In this document: piece after piece, positions 21,501 through 33,660 of the stretch
Numbering within the stretch: the stretch's first letter is position 1
How the letters are laid out: every line of letters starts with the position of its first letter
Source of the DNA: Centroscyllium fabricii
Taxonomy: Eukaryota
DNA length: 64,000 nt
Reading direction: 5' to 3'
Assembly: GCA_051313645.2 (NCBI GenBank)
Contig: JBNRSN020000007.1
Span: 154,566,001 to 154,630,000, forward strand
Translations under genes and position numbers: made by a program
Notes under the pieces: model-generated
What the model was told of the DNA's origin: nothing
Seen by the model: only the letters and a program-made list of their open reading frames with translations
Databases searched by the model: none

Positions 21501-22766
21501 CGGTGCCCGTGATTCGCACGCGGCCGACCGCGGTGGACAAGATGGCGGCGCCGGGGGGTCGCACATGGCTGGCCATTGAAGACAAGATGGCGGCGCCCGT
21601 GATTCGCACGCGGCCGACCGCAGTGGACAAGATGGCGGCACCGGGGGATCGCACATGGCTGGCCGCTGAAGACAAGATGGCGGCACCCGTGATTCGCACG
21701 TGGCGGGCCGCGGTGGACGCCGTGGCGGTGCCCGTGGTTCGCACGCGGCGGACCGCGGTGGCCAAGTTGGCGGCGCCCGTGATTCGCACGCAGCGGGCCG
21801 CGCTGGGTGAGTTGCTGGCGTTGTGGGGTCGCCCATGGCCGGCCGCGGCCGTCATTGGCGTGGCGGTGCCCGTGCCGTGTGCGCGGCCGGCCTCTGCCAT
21901 ATCGGGGTGGGAGATGGGGGCGCTTGTAATCTACCCCCGGACCGCTGCTTACCTGAGGCCAAGGGATGGCGTTGGAGCTCTCGCAGGCCGCGCTGTTGTG
22001 TCTGGAGCTGGTCGCTGGGGCCGATTTGCAGACCCTGGCGTAGTGTCACTTTTTTACTGCATTTCTCGCAGGTCGCGGTCCTCGCAGGGCATTTCGCTCG
22101 CGGATGCAGTCCCTGGCTGCAGAAGTAGCATTTTCTGTCCGCTGGCGTCTTCGCAGCTGCCGCTGCCAGTGTGGGGATCTCTACCTGTCGTGGGACCGCC
22201 CAGGAATCAAGGGTGGCGTGTGGGCCTTGGCCGCTATACGCCTCTAGCCTGCGGCGTGCTCCATCCACCGCGTTAGAGATGGATATCGCCTCCTCCAGCG
22301 ATAAAGTCTCTTTTTCCAGCAACCGCTGGCGGGCCTGGCTGGATCTGATCCCCGTCACGTAGGCGTCTCGAACGAGGAGATTCTTCTCCTCCTGCGCCGT
22401 TCGTGCCTTGCATTCACAGGCCCGGGCGAGGGCTTGAAGCGCCAACAAATATTGTTCATTAGACTCACCGAGCCATTGTTGTCTGGTCGCCAGCACGTGT
22501 CTGGCATAGACCGAGTGGACCGGGCGCACGTAGCATGCCTTCAGTTTGTCCACGGCCTCTTTGTATGTTGTTGCATCGCAGATGAAGGAGTACACCCGGC
22601 TGGAGATCCTTGATGAGAGAACGTGGAGTTTGTTCCCGTCAGTCGTCGCCTTGGCGGCCGTCATGTATGCCTTGACAAGGCTGAACCAATGTTCAAACGT
22701 ATTGGCGGCATCTGGATCCTGTGGACTAATATCCAGCTTTTCGGGTTTCACAGCGCCGCTCTCCAT
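18598..22766 (-). pseudogene. gag-pol of Gypsy 2, with stops and frameshifts
   Basis: ORF pieces 21852-22766 (gag), 21156-21836 (repeat linker and LFDTGS), 19972-21201 (RT/RH, YLDN), 19633-19908, 19324-19539 (IN core), 18598-19191 (IN C-terminus, Pro-rich, no chromodomain). Confidence 0.92.
21493..21805 (-). repeat. 45-bp coding tandem repeat (~7 units) in the gag-protease linker
   Basis: CAAGATGGCGG starts at 21493, 21538, 21583, 21628, 21673, with degenerate copies at 21718 and 21763. Encodes 15-aa CESRAPPSC.. units. Confidence 0.9.
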
Positions 22767-25111
22767 TTCGAAAATTTAAAGTGTATAAAATTGACGTATC
22801 ATCAATAAGACAAAGACAAGTAGTTACCTTAACTAGAGGCTTTTATTCACTTTACAATGGAGCTACTCTCCAGTCGAACATTGAGTACTGAATGAATGGG
22901 GGCTGGTCAGACCTCACCTATAAGGTGCTCACCTGAGGGGAGGAGATAGAGGTGTGGCTGACCTGACCTCGCGACAGTGTCATTATACAAAACTATATAC
23001 AATGCACCCAGCCACTATACATGCTGGTCTGTAGTGTGCTCAACTATATATACTGGTAATCATGATTACCACACCACACCTGTAGATTGATTCCATACCT
23101 GTAGACTGATCCCTCAACTCTAGAGTAATTCCACACCTGTAGAGTGATTCCACACCTGTAGATTGAATCCCACATCTGTAGAGTGATCCCACAACTGTGG
23201 AAATATCCTGCACCAGTAGAGTGATCCCACACCTGTCGAGTGATCCCACACATGTTGTGGGATCACTCACATGTAGATTAATCCCACACATTTAGAGTGA
23301 TCCCACACCTGTAGAGTGATCCCACACCTGTAGTCTGATCCCTCAACTGTAGAGTAATTCCACACCTGTGGTGATTCCACACCTGTAGATTGAATCCCAC
23401 ATTTGTAGTGATCCCACAACTGTGGAAAGATCCTGCACCAGTTGAGTGATCCCACATCTGTAGAGTGATCCCACACATGTTGTGTGATCACTCACATGTA
23501 GATTAATCCCACACCTTTAGAGTGATCACACAATTGTAGAGTGATCCCACATCTGTAGATTGATCCATCACCTGTAGATTGATCACTCACATGTAGAGAT
23601 TCCTCACCCATAGAGTGATCGCTTAACTGTAGAGTGATGCCACACCTGCAGATTAATTCCACATCTGTAGAGTAATACATCAGCTATAAAGTGATCACAC
23701 ACCTGTTGTGTGATCCTACAACTGTAGAGTAACCCCTAACCAGTAGAGAGATCCCACAGCTGTAGAGTGATCACTTATCTGTGGAGTGACCCCACACCTG
23801 TAGAACAATCCCTTACCTGTAGAGTGACCCCACAGCTTTAGAACAATCCTAATCCTGTAGAATTATCCCTCAGCTTTAGAGTGACCCCACACCTGTAGTG
23901 AGATCACTCAACTGTATTGTGAACGCTGTCCTCTAGATTCATCCTCATTTGTAGAGTGATCCCTCACCTGTAGAGATATCCCTCAGCTTTAGAGTGATGC
24001 AGTAACAGTAGCGTGTTCCCTTACCTGCAGAGTGATCCCACAGCTGTAGAGTGTGCCACACCTGCAGAATGATCCCTCAGCTGTAGGTTGATCCCACACC
24101 TGTAGAGTGATCCATCACATGTAGAGTGCGTCCAAACCTGTAGAGTGATCCCACAGCTGTCGAGTGATCCCTTGCCTGTAGAGCCATCCCTCACCTGTAG
24201 ATTGATCCCACACCTATAGAGTGATCCCTCACCTGTAGAGTGGTTCCAAACCTGTAGTGATCCTATAGCAGTAGAGTGATGCAATACCAATAGAGTGATC
24301 CCTTACCTGTAGATTGATCCCACACCTGTAGAATGATCCCACACCTGTAGAGGGGACCCTCACCTGTAGGGTGAACCCACACCTGTGGAGGGATTCCACT
24401 TATTTAGAGTGATCCCTAAACATAGAAACATAGAAGATAGTAGCAGGAGTAGACCATTCGGCCCCTCAAGCCTGCTCCGCCATTCAATGCAATCATGGCT
24501 GATCATTGAATTTCAGTACCCTGTCCCTGCCTTCTCCCCATATCCCTTGATCCCTTTAACCTTAAGAAATATATCCAACTCTTTCTTGAATATATTTAAT
24601 GAATTAGCCTCTACTGCCTTCTGTGGTAGAGAATTCCACAGGTTCACCATTCTCTGGGTGAAAAAATTCCTCCTCACCTCTGTCCTAAATGGCTTACTCC
24701 TTATCCTTAGACTGTGACCCCTGGTTCTGGACTTCTGGACTCCCCCCTCCCCCCCCCACCCCCCGCATCAAGAACATCCTTCCTGCATCTAGTTTGTCCA
24801 GTCCTGTTAGAATTTTATAAGTTTCAATGAGATCCCCTCTCATTCTTCTAAACTCCAGCGAGTATAAACCCAATTGACCCAATCTCTCCAACATCATTCC
24901 TGCCATCCCAGGTATTAGCCTGGTGAATCTTCGCTGCACTCCTTCTGTGGCAAGATCATCCTTCCTTAGATAAGGCAACCAAAACTGTACACAATATTCA
25001 AGATGTGGTATCACCAAGGCCCTGTAAAACTGCAGCAAGACATCCTCGTTCCTGTACTCAAACCCTCTCGCTACAAAGGCCGAGCATTTTAAGAGGAAGA
25101 ATACAAAAAAA

Positions 25112-25486
25112 GGACGACCCGGTGGCGCAGTGGTTAGCACTGCTGCCTCGCAATAACGAGCTCCTGGGTTCGAATCCTGCTTGGCCCGGGACCTCTCTGC
25201 GTGGAGTTTGCACGTTCTCCCCGTGTTCGTGTGGGTTTCCTCCGGGTACTTTGGTTTCCTCCCACCACCCAAAGACATGCAGGTTAGGTGAATTGGAGAT
25301 ACTAAAAATTGCCCATGAGTATGTGTGTGAGATATAGTTCTTAGAGTTGGGGGTGTCGGGGGAGGTGGGGAGAGGGTAGGAGGGGGGTGCTGGGTTTGGA
25401 TGATCGGCCGTGATCCCGTCGAAGTGGCGGAGTGGGCTCGAGGGGCCGAATGGCCTACTCCTGCTCTTATCTTCTATATTTCTGTG
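25112..25486 (+). mobile_element. tRNA-derived V-SINE with CR1-type tail (subfamily A)
   Basis: A box TGGCGCAGTGG 25123-25133, B box GGTTCGAATCC 25167-25177, V-domain GTGGAGTTTGCACGTTCTCCCCGTG..GGGTTTCCTCCGGG, CR1 3' end. Confidence 0.88.
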
Positions 25487-25879
25487 ATAGGGTTAAAGTA
25501 GATAGCTTGACTTGAATAGCGATCAATAGCACAGGCGTGATGGGTCAAAAGGTCTCCTCGTGTGCTGTACTCTCTCTAATTCTGTCAGACGGCTGATTTT
25601 TGACGGTACAGCTGAGCGAAGAATTTTGTGACTGATGAAAGTAGCTCTCTTCGCGCTTCTGGGGAAGTGCTATTGGTGTGGCCATTGCCGCTGAACCGCG
25701 ACACAGTGACCAGACTGTTATTTCACAATCATGAATTCCGCCAGCCAAACCCTTGAGCTGCAGCCATGCAGTGCGCTGCCAGTCACTGCTTATTCTGTCC
25801 GCTGCCCCCTCTGTTGTCGAACTGGTGGGGATTGATTACCTCGCACTTCTCATCTCACTGAAAACCAGATCACTTCATT

Positions 25880-26380
25880 CTGAAATAACAATGGGGAGCA
25901 TCCCAAGAAACTCAGCAGGCCGGGCGGCATCGGTGGAGAGAGAGACAGAGCTGATGTTTCGGGTCGATGACCTTTTTTCAAAACTAGAGAAGCTGGGAGG
26001 GTGGATCAATAAAGCTATTTGAAAGAAAGAAAGAAAGAAAGGATAGATTTAAAGCTTGTGGGGGCTGGGGAAAGGGGGGGAGGGGGAGGGGCTGAAAGAA
26101 CAACGGAAAGATCAGCGACAGGCTGGAAGGTGGGGGGTGATAAGAGATATGCGGAGAAATTGAAGGAACACATGATGGCTCTGGAATGGTGTGAACAGCT
26201 TTAGCAGAGTAAAGAAAAAAGCCCAGACGAAAGTGTGGATTGAAAAAAAAGAAAAAATATATATCTGTAAAAAAAACGTGATGGGGGCCGAGGTTATGGT
26301 CGGAGGTTGTTGGGCTCTGTGTTTGGTCCGGAGGGCTGTGGAGTGCCTGAGCGGGGGATGGGGTGCTGTTCCTCGAGTTT
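25880..26380 (-). mobile_element. Degenerate Penelope-like element fragment
   Basis: ACTCAGCAGG..GGCATC.GTGGAGAGAGA..GTTTCGGGTCGATGACC and GTCCGGAGGGCTGT..GGTGCTGTTCCTC resemble shark Penelope-like repeats (from recall, not searched). Confidence 0.55.
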
Positions 26381-26381
26381 A

Positions 26382-26790
26382 GGGCGGCACGGTGGCATAG
26401 TGGTTAGCACTGTTGCCTTACAGCACTGGAGACCCGGGTTCAAATCCAGCCTCGGGTACTATCTGTGTGGAGTTTGCACATTCTCCCCGTGTCTGCGTGG
26501 GTTTCCTCCGGGTGCTCCGGTTTCCTCCCACAGTCCAAAGATGTGCGGGTTAGGTTGATTGGCCAGGATAAATTGACCCTTAGTGTTAGGGGGATTGAAT
26601 ATGTGGGGTTACGGGGATAGGGTGGGATATGTGTTGATGCAGGCTCGATCGGGATCGAGGGATATGGGGAGAGGGCAGGGACGGGGTGCTGGGTTTGGAT
26701 GATCAGCCATGATCTCATTGAATGGCGGAGCAGGCTCGAAGGGCCGAATGGCCTACTCCTGCTCCTATCTTCTATGTTTCTATGTTTCTA
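26382..26790 (+). mobile_element. HE1-like V-SINE with CR1-type tail (subfamily B)
   Basis: GGGCGGCACGGTGGCATAGTGGTTAGCAC head, B box GGTTCAAATCC, V-domain, (CTATGTTT)n tail. Confidence 0.9.
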
Positions 26791-28672
26791 TACCATTTGC
26801 CTTCTTAACCGCCTGCTGCACCTGCATGCTTACTTTCTGCGACTGGTGCACAAGGACGCCCAGGTCTTGTTTCACTTCCCCTTCTCCCAATCTATTGCCA
26901 TTCAGATAATAATCTGCCTTCTTGTTTTTGACACCAAAGTGGATAAACTCACATTTTTCCATGTTGTATTGCATCTGCCATGCTTCTACCCAATCACCCA
27001 ACCTGTCCAAATCATACTGGAGTTTCTCGGCATCCTCCTCACAGCACATACGCCCAACCAGCTTTGTGTTGCCTGCAAACTTGGAGATATTATGATCCCA
27101 CATCAGTAGAGTGATCCCTAACCTGTAGTGTGTTTCCACCCCTGCAGTTTGATCCCTCAGCTGTAGGGTGATCCCACACCTGCAGAACGATCTCTCACAT
27201 ATAGATTGAACTCACACCTGTAGAGAGATCTCTAAACTGTAGAATGATCCCACACCTGTAGTGTGATCCCTAAACTGTAGTGTGATTCCACACCTGTAGA
27301 TTGATCACACATCTGCAGAGGAATCGCACACCTGTAGAGCGAACCAATAACTGGAGAGTAACTCCTCAACTATAGAGTAATCCCTCAGCTGCAGAGTGAT
27401 CCCTTGCCTTTTGAGTAATTCCACACCTGTAGTTAGATCCCTCACCTGTAGGGTGAACCCACACCTGCAGAGGCATCCCTCAAATGTAGAGTGAGCCCAC
27501 ACCTGTAGAGTGATTCCAAACCTGTAGAGTGATCCCTAAACCGTAGAGTGATCCCACACCTGTAGAGTGATTTCAAACCTGTAGAGTGATCCCTAAACCG
27601 TAGAGTGATCCCACACCTGTAGGGTGAACACACACCTGCAGAGGCATCCCTCAAATGTAGAGTGAGCCCACACCTGTAGAGTGATTCCAAACCTGTAGAG
27701 TGATCCCTAAACCGTAGAGTGATTCCACACCTGTAGAGTGATTCCAACCCTGTAGAGTGATCCATAAACCGTAGAGTGATCCCACACCTGTAGGGTGAAC
27801 CCACACCTGCAGAGGCATCCCTCAAATGTAGAGTGAGCCCACACCTGTAGAGTGATTCCAAACCTGTAGAGTGATCCCTAAACCGTAGAGTGATCCCACA
27901 CCTGTAGGGTGATCCCATACCTGTTGAGTGATCCACAACTGTAGAGTGATCCCTCACTGGTAGAGTAATCCTACACTGGTAGAGTAATCCCTCAACTTTG
28001 AAGTGATCCCTCACCTGTACAGTGATCCCACACCAGTAGAGTTAACCCTCACCTGTCGAGTGATCACACACATGCACACTAATCTCCTCAACTGTAGAGT
28101 TACTCCACACCTACAGAGTGACTAATCACCTGTAGAGTTCTCTCACCTGTAGCATGATCCCATAGCTGTAGGGTGAGCCCTCACCTGTATAGTGATCCAT
28201 CACCTGTAGAGTGATCCCACACCTTTAGAGTGATGCAATAGCAGTAGAATGATCCCTTACCTGTAGAGTGATGCCACAACTGTAGATTGATCCCACACCT
28301 GTAGAATAATACCTCAGCTGTAGAATGACCACACACCTGTAGAGTGATCACACACCTGTAGAATAATATCTAGGCTATAAAGTGATCACACACCTGTAGT
28401 GTGATCCCTTATCTGTAGAGTAATCCCTTACCTGTAGAGTGATCCCTTACCTGTAGAGTGATCCCTTACCTGTAGAGTGATCCCACACCTGCAGATTGAC
28501 CCTAATCCTGTAGAATGATCCCTCAGCTGTAGAGAGATCCCATACCTATGGAATGATCCCTTACCTGTAGAGTGATCCCACATCTGTAGAGTGATCCTAA
28601 TCATGTAGAATGATTCCCTCAGCTGCAGAGAGATCCCACACTTGTAGAGTGATACCACACCTGTAGAATTAT

Positions 28673-29052
28673 AACACAGAAAACACAGACACAGAAGATA
28701 GGGGCAGGAGTAGGCTATTCGGCCCTTCAAGCCTGCTCCTCCATTTTGATGAGATCATGGCTGATCATCCAAACCCAGCAACCCCCTCCTATGCTCTCCC
28801 CATATCCCCCAACACCCCCAACTCTAAGAACTATATCTCACACACATACTCGTGGGCAGTTTTTTTTAATATCTCCAATTCACCTAACCTGCATGTCTTT
28901 GGGTGGTGGGAGGAAACCAGAGTACCCGGAGGAAACCCACATGAACATAGGGAGAACATGCAAACTCCACGCAGAGAGGTCCCAGGCCAAGCAGGATTCG
29001 AACCCAGGAGCTCCTTATTGTGAGGCAGCAGTGCTAACCACTGTGCCACCGT
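28673..29052 (-). mobile_element. V-SINE subfamily A, second copy
   Basis: Reverse complement aligns along its length with 25112-25486. Inserted directly in the satellite. Confidence 0.9.
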
Positions 29053-32000
29053 ATCCCTCAGCTGTAGAGAGTTCCCTCACCTGTAGGGTGAACACTCACC
29101 TGTAAAGTGATCCCCCACCTGCAGGGAGATCCTGCACCTGCAGTGTGATCCCACACCTGTAGAGAGATCACTTAACTGTATTGTGAACCCGCCCCTGTAG
29201 AGTCATCCTCATCTGTTGAGTGATTTCACACCTGTAGAGTGATCCCACACCATTAGAGTGATCATACAACTGTAGGGAGATCCCACACCTGTAGAGTATT
29301 CCCTCACCTGTATAGTGATCCCTAAGCTGTAGAGTGACCCCACACCTGTAGAGTGATCCTACACCTGTAGAATGGTCTCCCAGCTGTAGAGTGATCCATA
29401 GTCTGTAGAGTGTTTCCACACCTGTAGTTTGATCCTCACCTTTAGAGTGGCTCCACACCTGTAGAGTGATACCATAGCAGTAGAGTGATACAATACCAGT
29501 AGAGTGATCCCTTACCTGTAGATTGATCCCGCACCTTTAGAGTGATCCCACACCTGTAGATGGGACCCTCACCTGCAGAGTGATCCCTCACTTGTGGAGT
29601 AATCCCTCAACTGTAGAGTAATCCCTCAACTGTAGAGTGATCCCTAACCTGTAGAGTAATTCCACACCTGTAGGTAGACCCCTCACCTGTAGGGTGAACC
29701 CACACCTACAGTGCTCCCTCACCTGTAGAGTGAAGCCACACCTGTAGAGTAGTCCACACCTGTAGAGTGATCCCTAAACTGTAAAGTGATCCCACATCTT
29801 TAGAGTGATCCCACATATGTTGAGTGATCCCACAGTAGTAGAGTGATCTGTAACCTGTCGACTGTTTCCCCCCTGCAGACTGTTCCCTCACCTGTAGGGT
29901 GAACACATATGCAGAGGGTTCTCTCACCTGTAGAGAGAACCCTCACCTGTAGAGTGATCCCTAGCCTGTAGAGTAATTCCACACCTGTAGTTAGATTCCT
30001 CACCTGTAGGGTGAACCCACACCTGCAGAGGAATCTCTCACCTATAGAGTGAACCCACACCTGTAGAGTGATGCCACACCTGTAGATTGATCCTATACCC
30101 GTTGAGTGATCCACAACTGTAGTGACCCCTCACCTGTAGAGTGAACCCATACCAGTAGAGTTAACCCTCACCTAAAGTGTGATCCCTCAACTGTAGAGTG
30201 ATCACACACATGCACACTAACCCCCTCAACTGTAGAGTTACCACACACCTGTAGAGTGACTAATCACCTATAGAGTTATCCCTCATCTGTAGAGTGATCC
30301 CATAGCTGTAGACTGACCCCTCACCTGTAGAGTGATCCCTCACCTGTAGAGTAATCCCTCACTGTAGAGTGATCCCTAACCTGTAAATTAATTCCACACC
30401 TGTAGATAAATCACTCGCCTGCAGAGTGAGCCACACCTGTAGAATGATCCCTAAATTGTAAAGTGATCCCACATCTGTAGAATGATCCCATACCTGTTGA
30501 GTGATCCTACACCAGTAGCGTGATCCCTACTCTGTAGAGTGTTTCCACCCCTGCAGATTGATCCCTCGCCTGTAGGGTGATCACACACCTGCAGAGGGAT
30601 CTCTCACCTAGAGTGATCTCACACCTGTAGAAAGATCTCTAAACTGTTGAATTATCCCACACCTGTAGTGTGATCCTAACCTTTAGCATGATTCCACACC
30701 TTTAGATTGATCCCACACCTGCAGAGGAATCGCACACCTGTAGAGTGAACACAACTATAGAGTAACTCCTCAACTGTAGAGTAATCCCTCAGCTGTAGCA
30801 TAATCCCAAACCTGCAGAGTGATCCCTAGCCTGTAGAGTAATTCCACACCTGTAGTTAGATCCCTCAACTGTAGAGTGTGCCCACACCTGTGGAGTGATC
30901 CCATACCTGTTGAGTGATCCACAACATTAGAGTGATCCCTCACCAGTAGAATGATCCCATACCAGTAAAATGATCCCTCACCTGTATAGTGATCCCTCGT
31001 CTGTAGAGTGATCCTGCAATGGTAGAGTTAACCCTCACCGGCAGTGTGATCCCTCACCTGTAGAGTGATCACACACAGGTACACTAACCCTCTCAACTGT
31101 AGAGTTGCACCACACCTGTAGAGTGACTAATCACCTGTAGAGATATTCCTCACCTGTAGAGGGATCCCATAGCTGTAGAGTGATCCCTAACCTGTACAGT
31201 GACCCCTTGCCTGCAGAGTGATCCCACAACTTTAGAGTGATGCAATATCAGCAGAATGATATCTTACCTGTAGAGTGATGCCACACCTATAGAGTGATTC
31301 CACACCTGTTGAATGATCCCTCAGCTGTAGAATGGTCACACACTGTAGAGTGACCCCACACCTGTAGGGTAATACCTCAGCAATAACGTGTTCACACACC
31401 TGTAGAGTGATCCCACACCTTAAGAGTAATCCCTCAACTGCAGAGAGATGCCACACCTGGAGAGTGAGCCCTTACCTGTAGTGTCATCCCACACCTGTAA
31501 AATTATCCCTTACCTGTAGAGTAATCATAATCCTGTAGAATGATCCCTCAGCTGTAGAGCGATACCACACCTGTTGAATGATTGCACAACTCTAGAGTGA
31601 TCCCACACCTGTAGAGTGGTCCCTCACCTGTAGTGTGATCCCTCACATGCAGAGAGATCCCACACTTGCAGAGTGATCCCACACCTGTAGGGAGATCAGT
31701 ATTGGGGACCCTCCCCATAGAGTCATCCTCATCTGTAGAGTGATACCACACCTGTAGAGTATTCCCCCACCTGTAGAGTATTCCCCCACCTGTAGAGTGT
31801 TCCCTCAGCTGTAGAGTGATCCTGCATCTGTCGAGAGATCCCAAACCTGTAGAGAGATCCCAAACCTGGAGAATGCTCACACAGCTGTACAGTGAACCCT
31901 CGCCTGTAGAGTGATCCCTCACCTGTAGAGTGATCCCTCAACTGTAGAGTGGTTCCACAGCAGTAGAGTGATGCAATACCTGCAGAGTGATAACTTACCT

Positions 32001-32419
32001 GTAGATTGATCCGACACCTATAGAGTGATCCCACACTACAGAGGGGACCCTCACCTGAAGAGTGATCCCTCACCTGCAGAGTAATCCCTCAACTGTAGAG
32101 TGATCCATAACCTGTAGAGTAATTCCACACCTGTAGATCGATCACTCACCTGCAGTGTTAACCCACACCTACAGAGCTCCCTCACCTGTAGAGTTAACCC
32201 ACACCTGTAGAATGAACCCACACCTGTAGAGTGACTCCACACCTGTAGAATGATTGATAAACTGTCAGGTGATCCCACATCCGTAGAATGATCCTAAACT
32301 GTAGAGTGATCCCACACCTGTAGAATGATCCCTAAACTCTAGGCTGATTCCACACCTGTAGAGTGATCTGTCACCTGTAGTTTGTTAGCTCACCTGCAGA
32401 GTGAAACCTCACCTTTGGA

Positions 32420-33660
32420 GTGATCCCACACTGGTAAAGTGCTCCTCCACCTATAGAGTGATTCCTCACCTGTAGACTGATCCCACACCTGTACAGTGAT
32501 TCCTCACCAGTGAAGTGAGCCCATACATGTAGAATGCCCCCCACCTGTAGAGTGATCCCTCACCTGTAGTGTGATACCTCGCCTGTAGAGCGATCCCTCA
32601 CTGTTGAGTGATCCCATAACTGCAAAGCGACTCCTCACCTTTAGAGTTATCCCACATGGTAAAGTGCTCCCCCACCTGTAGCATGATCTCTCACCTGTAA
32701 AATGATCCCATGTCGGTAGAGTCATCCCTCACCTGTGGAGTGATCCTACAGCTGTAGCATGATCCCTTACCTGTAGCGTGATACCACACATGTAGAATGA
32801 TCCCTAACCTGTAGAGTGATTCCACACCTGTAGAGTGATCCCACACTGGTAAAGTGCTCCTCCACCTATAGAGTGATCCCTCACCTGTAGACTGATCCCA
32901 CACCTGTACAGTGATTCCTCACCAGTGAAGTGAGCCCATACATGTAGAATGCCCCCCACCTGTAGAGTGATCCCTCACCTGTAGTGTGATACCTCACCTG
33001 TAGAGTGATCCCTCACTGTTGAGTGATCCCATAACTGCAAAGCGACTCCTCACCTTTAGAGTTATCCCACATGGTAAAGTGCTCCCCCACCTGTAGCATG
33101 ATCTCTCACCTGTAAAATTATCCCATGTCGGTAGAGTCATCCCTCACCTGTGGAGTGATCCTACAGCTGTAGCATGATCCCTTACCTGTAGCGTGATACC
33201 ACACATGTAGAATGATCCCTAACCTGTAGAGTGATTCCACACCTGTAGAGTGATCCCACACTGGTAAAGTGCTCCTCCACCTATAGAGTGATCCCTCACC
33301 TGTAGACTGATCCCACACCTGTACAGTGATTCCTCACCAGTGAAGTGAGCCCATACATGTAGAATGCCCCCCACCTGTAGAGTGATCCCTCACCTGTAGT
33401 GTGATACCTCGCCTGTAGAGTGAACCCTCACTGTTGAGTGATACCATAACTGCAAAGTGACTCCTCACCTTTAGAGTTATCCCACATGGTAAAGTGCTCC
33501 CCCACCTGTAGCATGATCTCTCACCTGTAAAATGATCTCACGTGGGTAGAGTCATCCTTCACCTGTGGAGTGATCCTACAGCTGTAGAATGATCCCTTAC
33601 CTGTAGCGTGATACCACACCTGTGGAATGATCCCTAACCTGTAGAGTGGTTCCACACCTG
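32420..33660 (+). repeat. 415-bp higher-order satellite repeat, ~3 copies
   Basis: Marker CACCTGTACAGTGATTCCTCACCAGTGAAGTGAGCCC at 32486, 32901, 33316. Confidence 0.9.

Larger units (their letters stand above)
18217..23073 (-). mobile_element. Full-length Ty3/Gypsy LTR retrotransposon 2 (4857 bp, decayed ORFs)
   Basis: 282-bp LTRs at 18217-18498 and 22792-23073 (about 10 mismatches by eye), TG..CA ends, TSD CCACA (18212-18216, 23074-23078), gag-PR-RT-RH-IN order, PPT next to the 3' LTR. Confidence 0.96.
24418..27092 (-). mobile_element. 5'-truncated CR1 interrupted by a 1.7-kb composite insert
   Basis: Tail AAACATAGAAACATAGAAG at 24418. Homology to 1205-2150 stops at 25081 and resumes at 26790. 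Confidence 0.9.

Noticed and set aside
21458-22276. 272-aa plus-strand ORF with DKMAAP repeats, and similar antisense ORFs over RT genes
   Set aside because: Antisense shadows of GC-rich retroelement coding sequence and the 45-bp repeat; no independent support.
25112-25190. tRNA genes at SINE heads (also 26382-26460 and ~28980-29052)
   Set aside because: A and B boxes continue into a V-domain and CR1 tail; these are SINEs, not tRNAs.
25590-25875. Host exon or ncRNA in the unique-looking segment
   Set aside because: No recognisable protein motif, splice pattern or RNA family; kept only as cargo of the composite insert.
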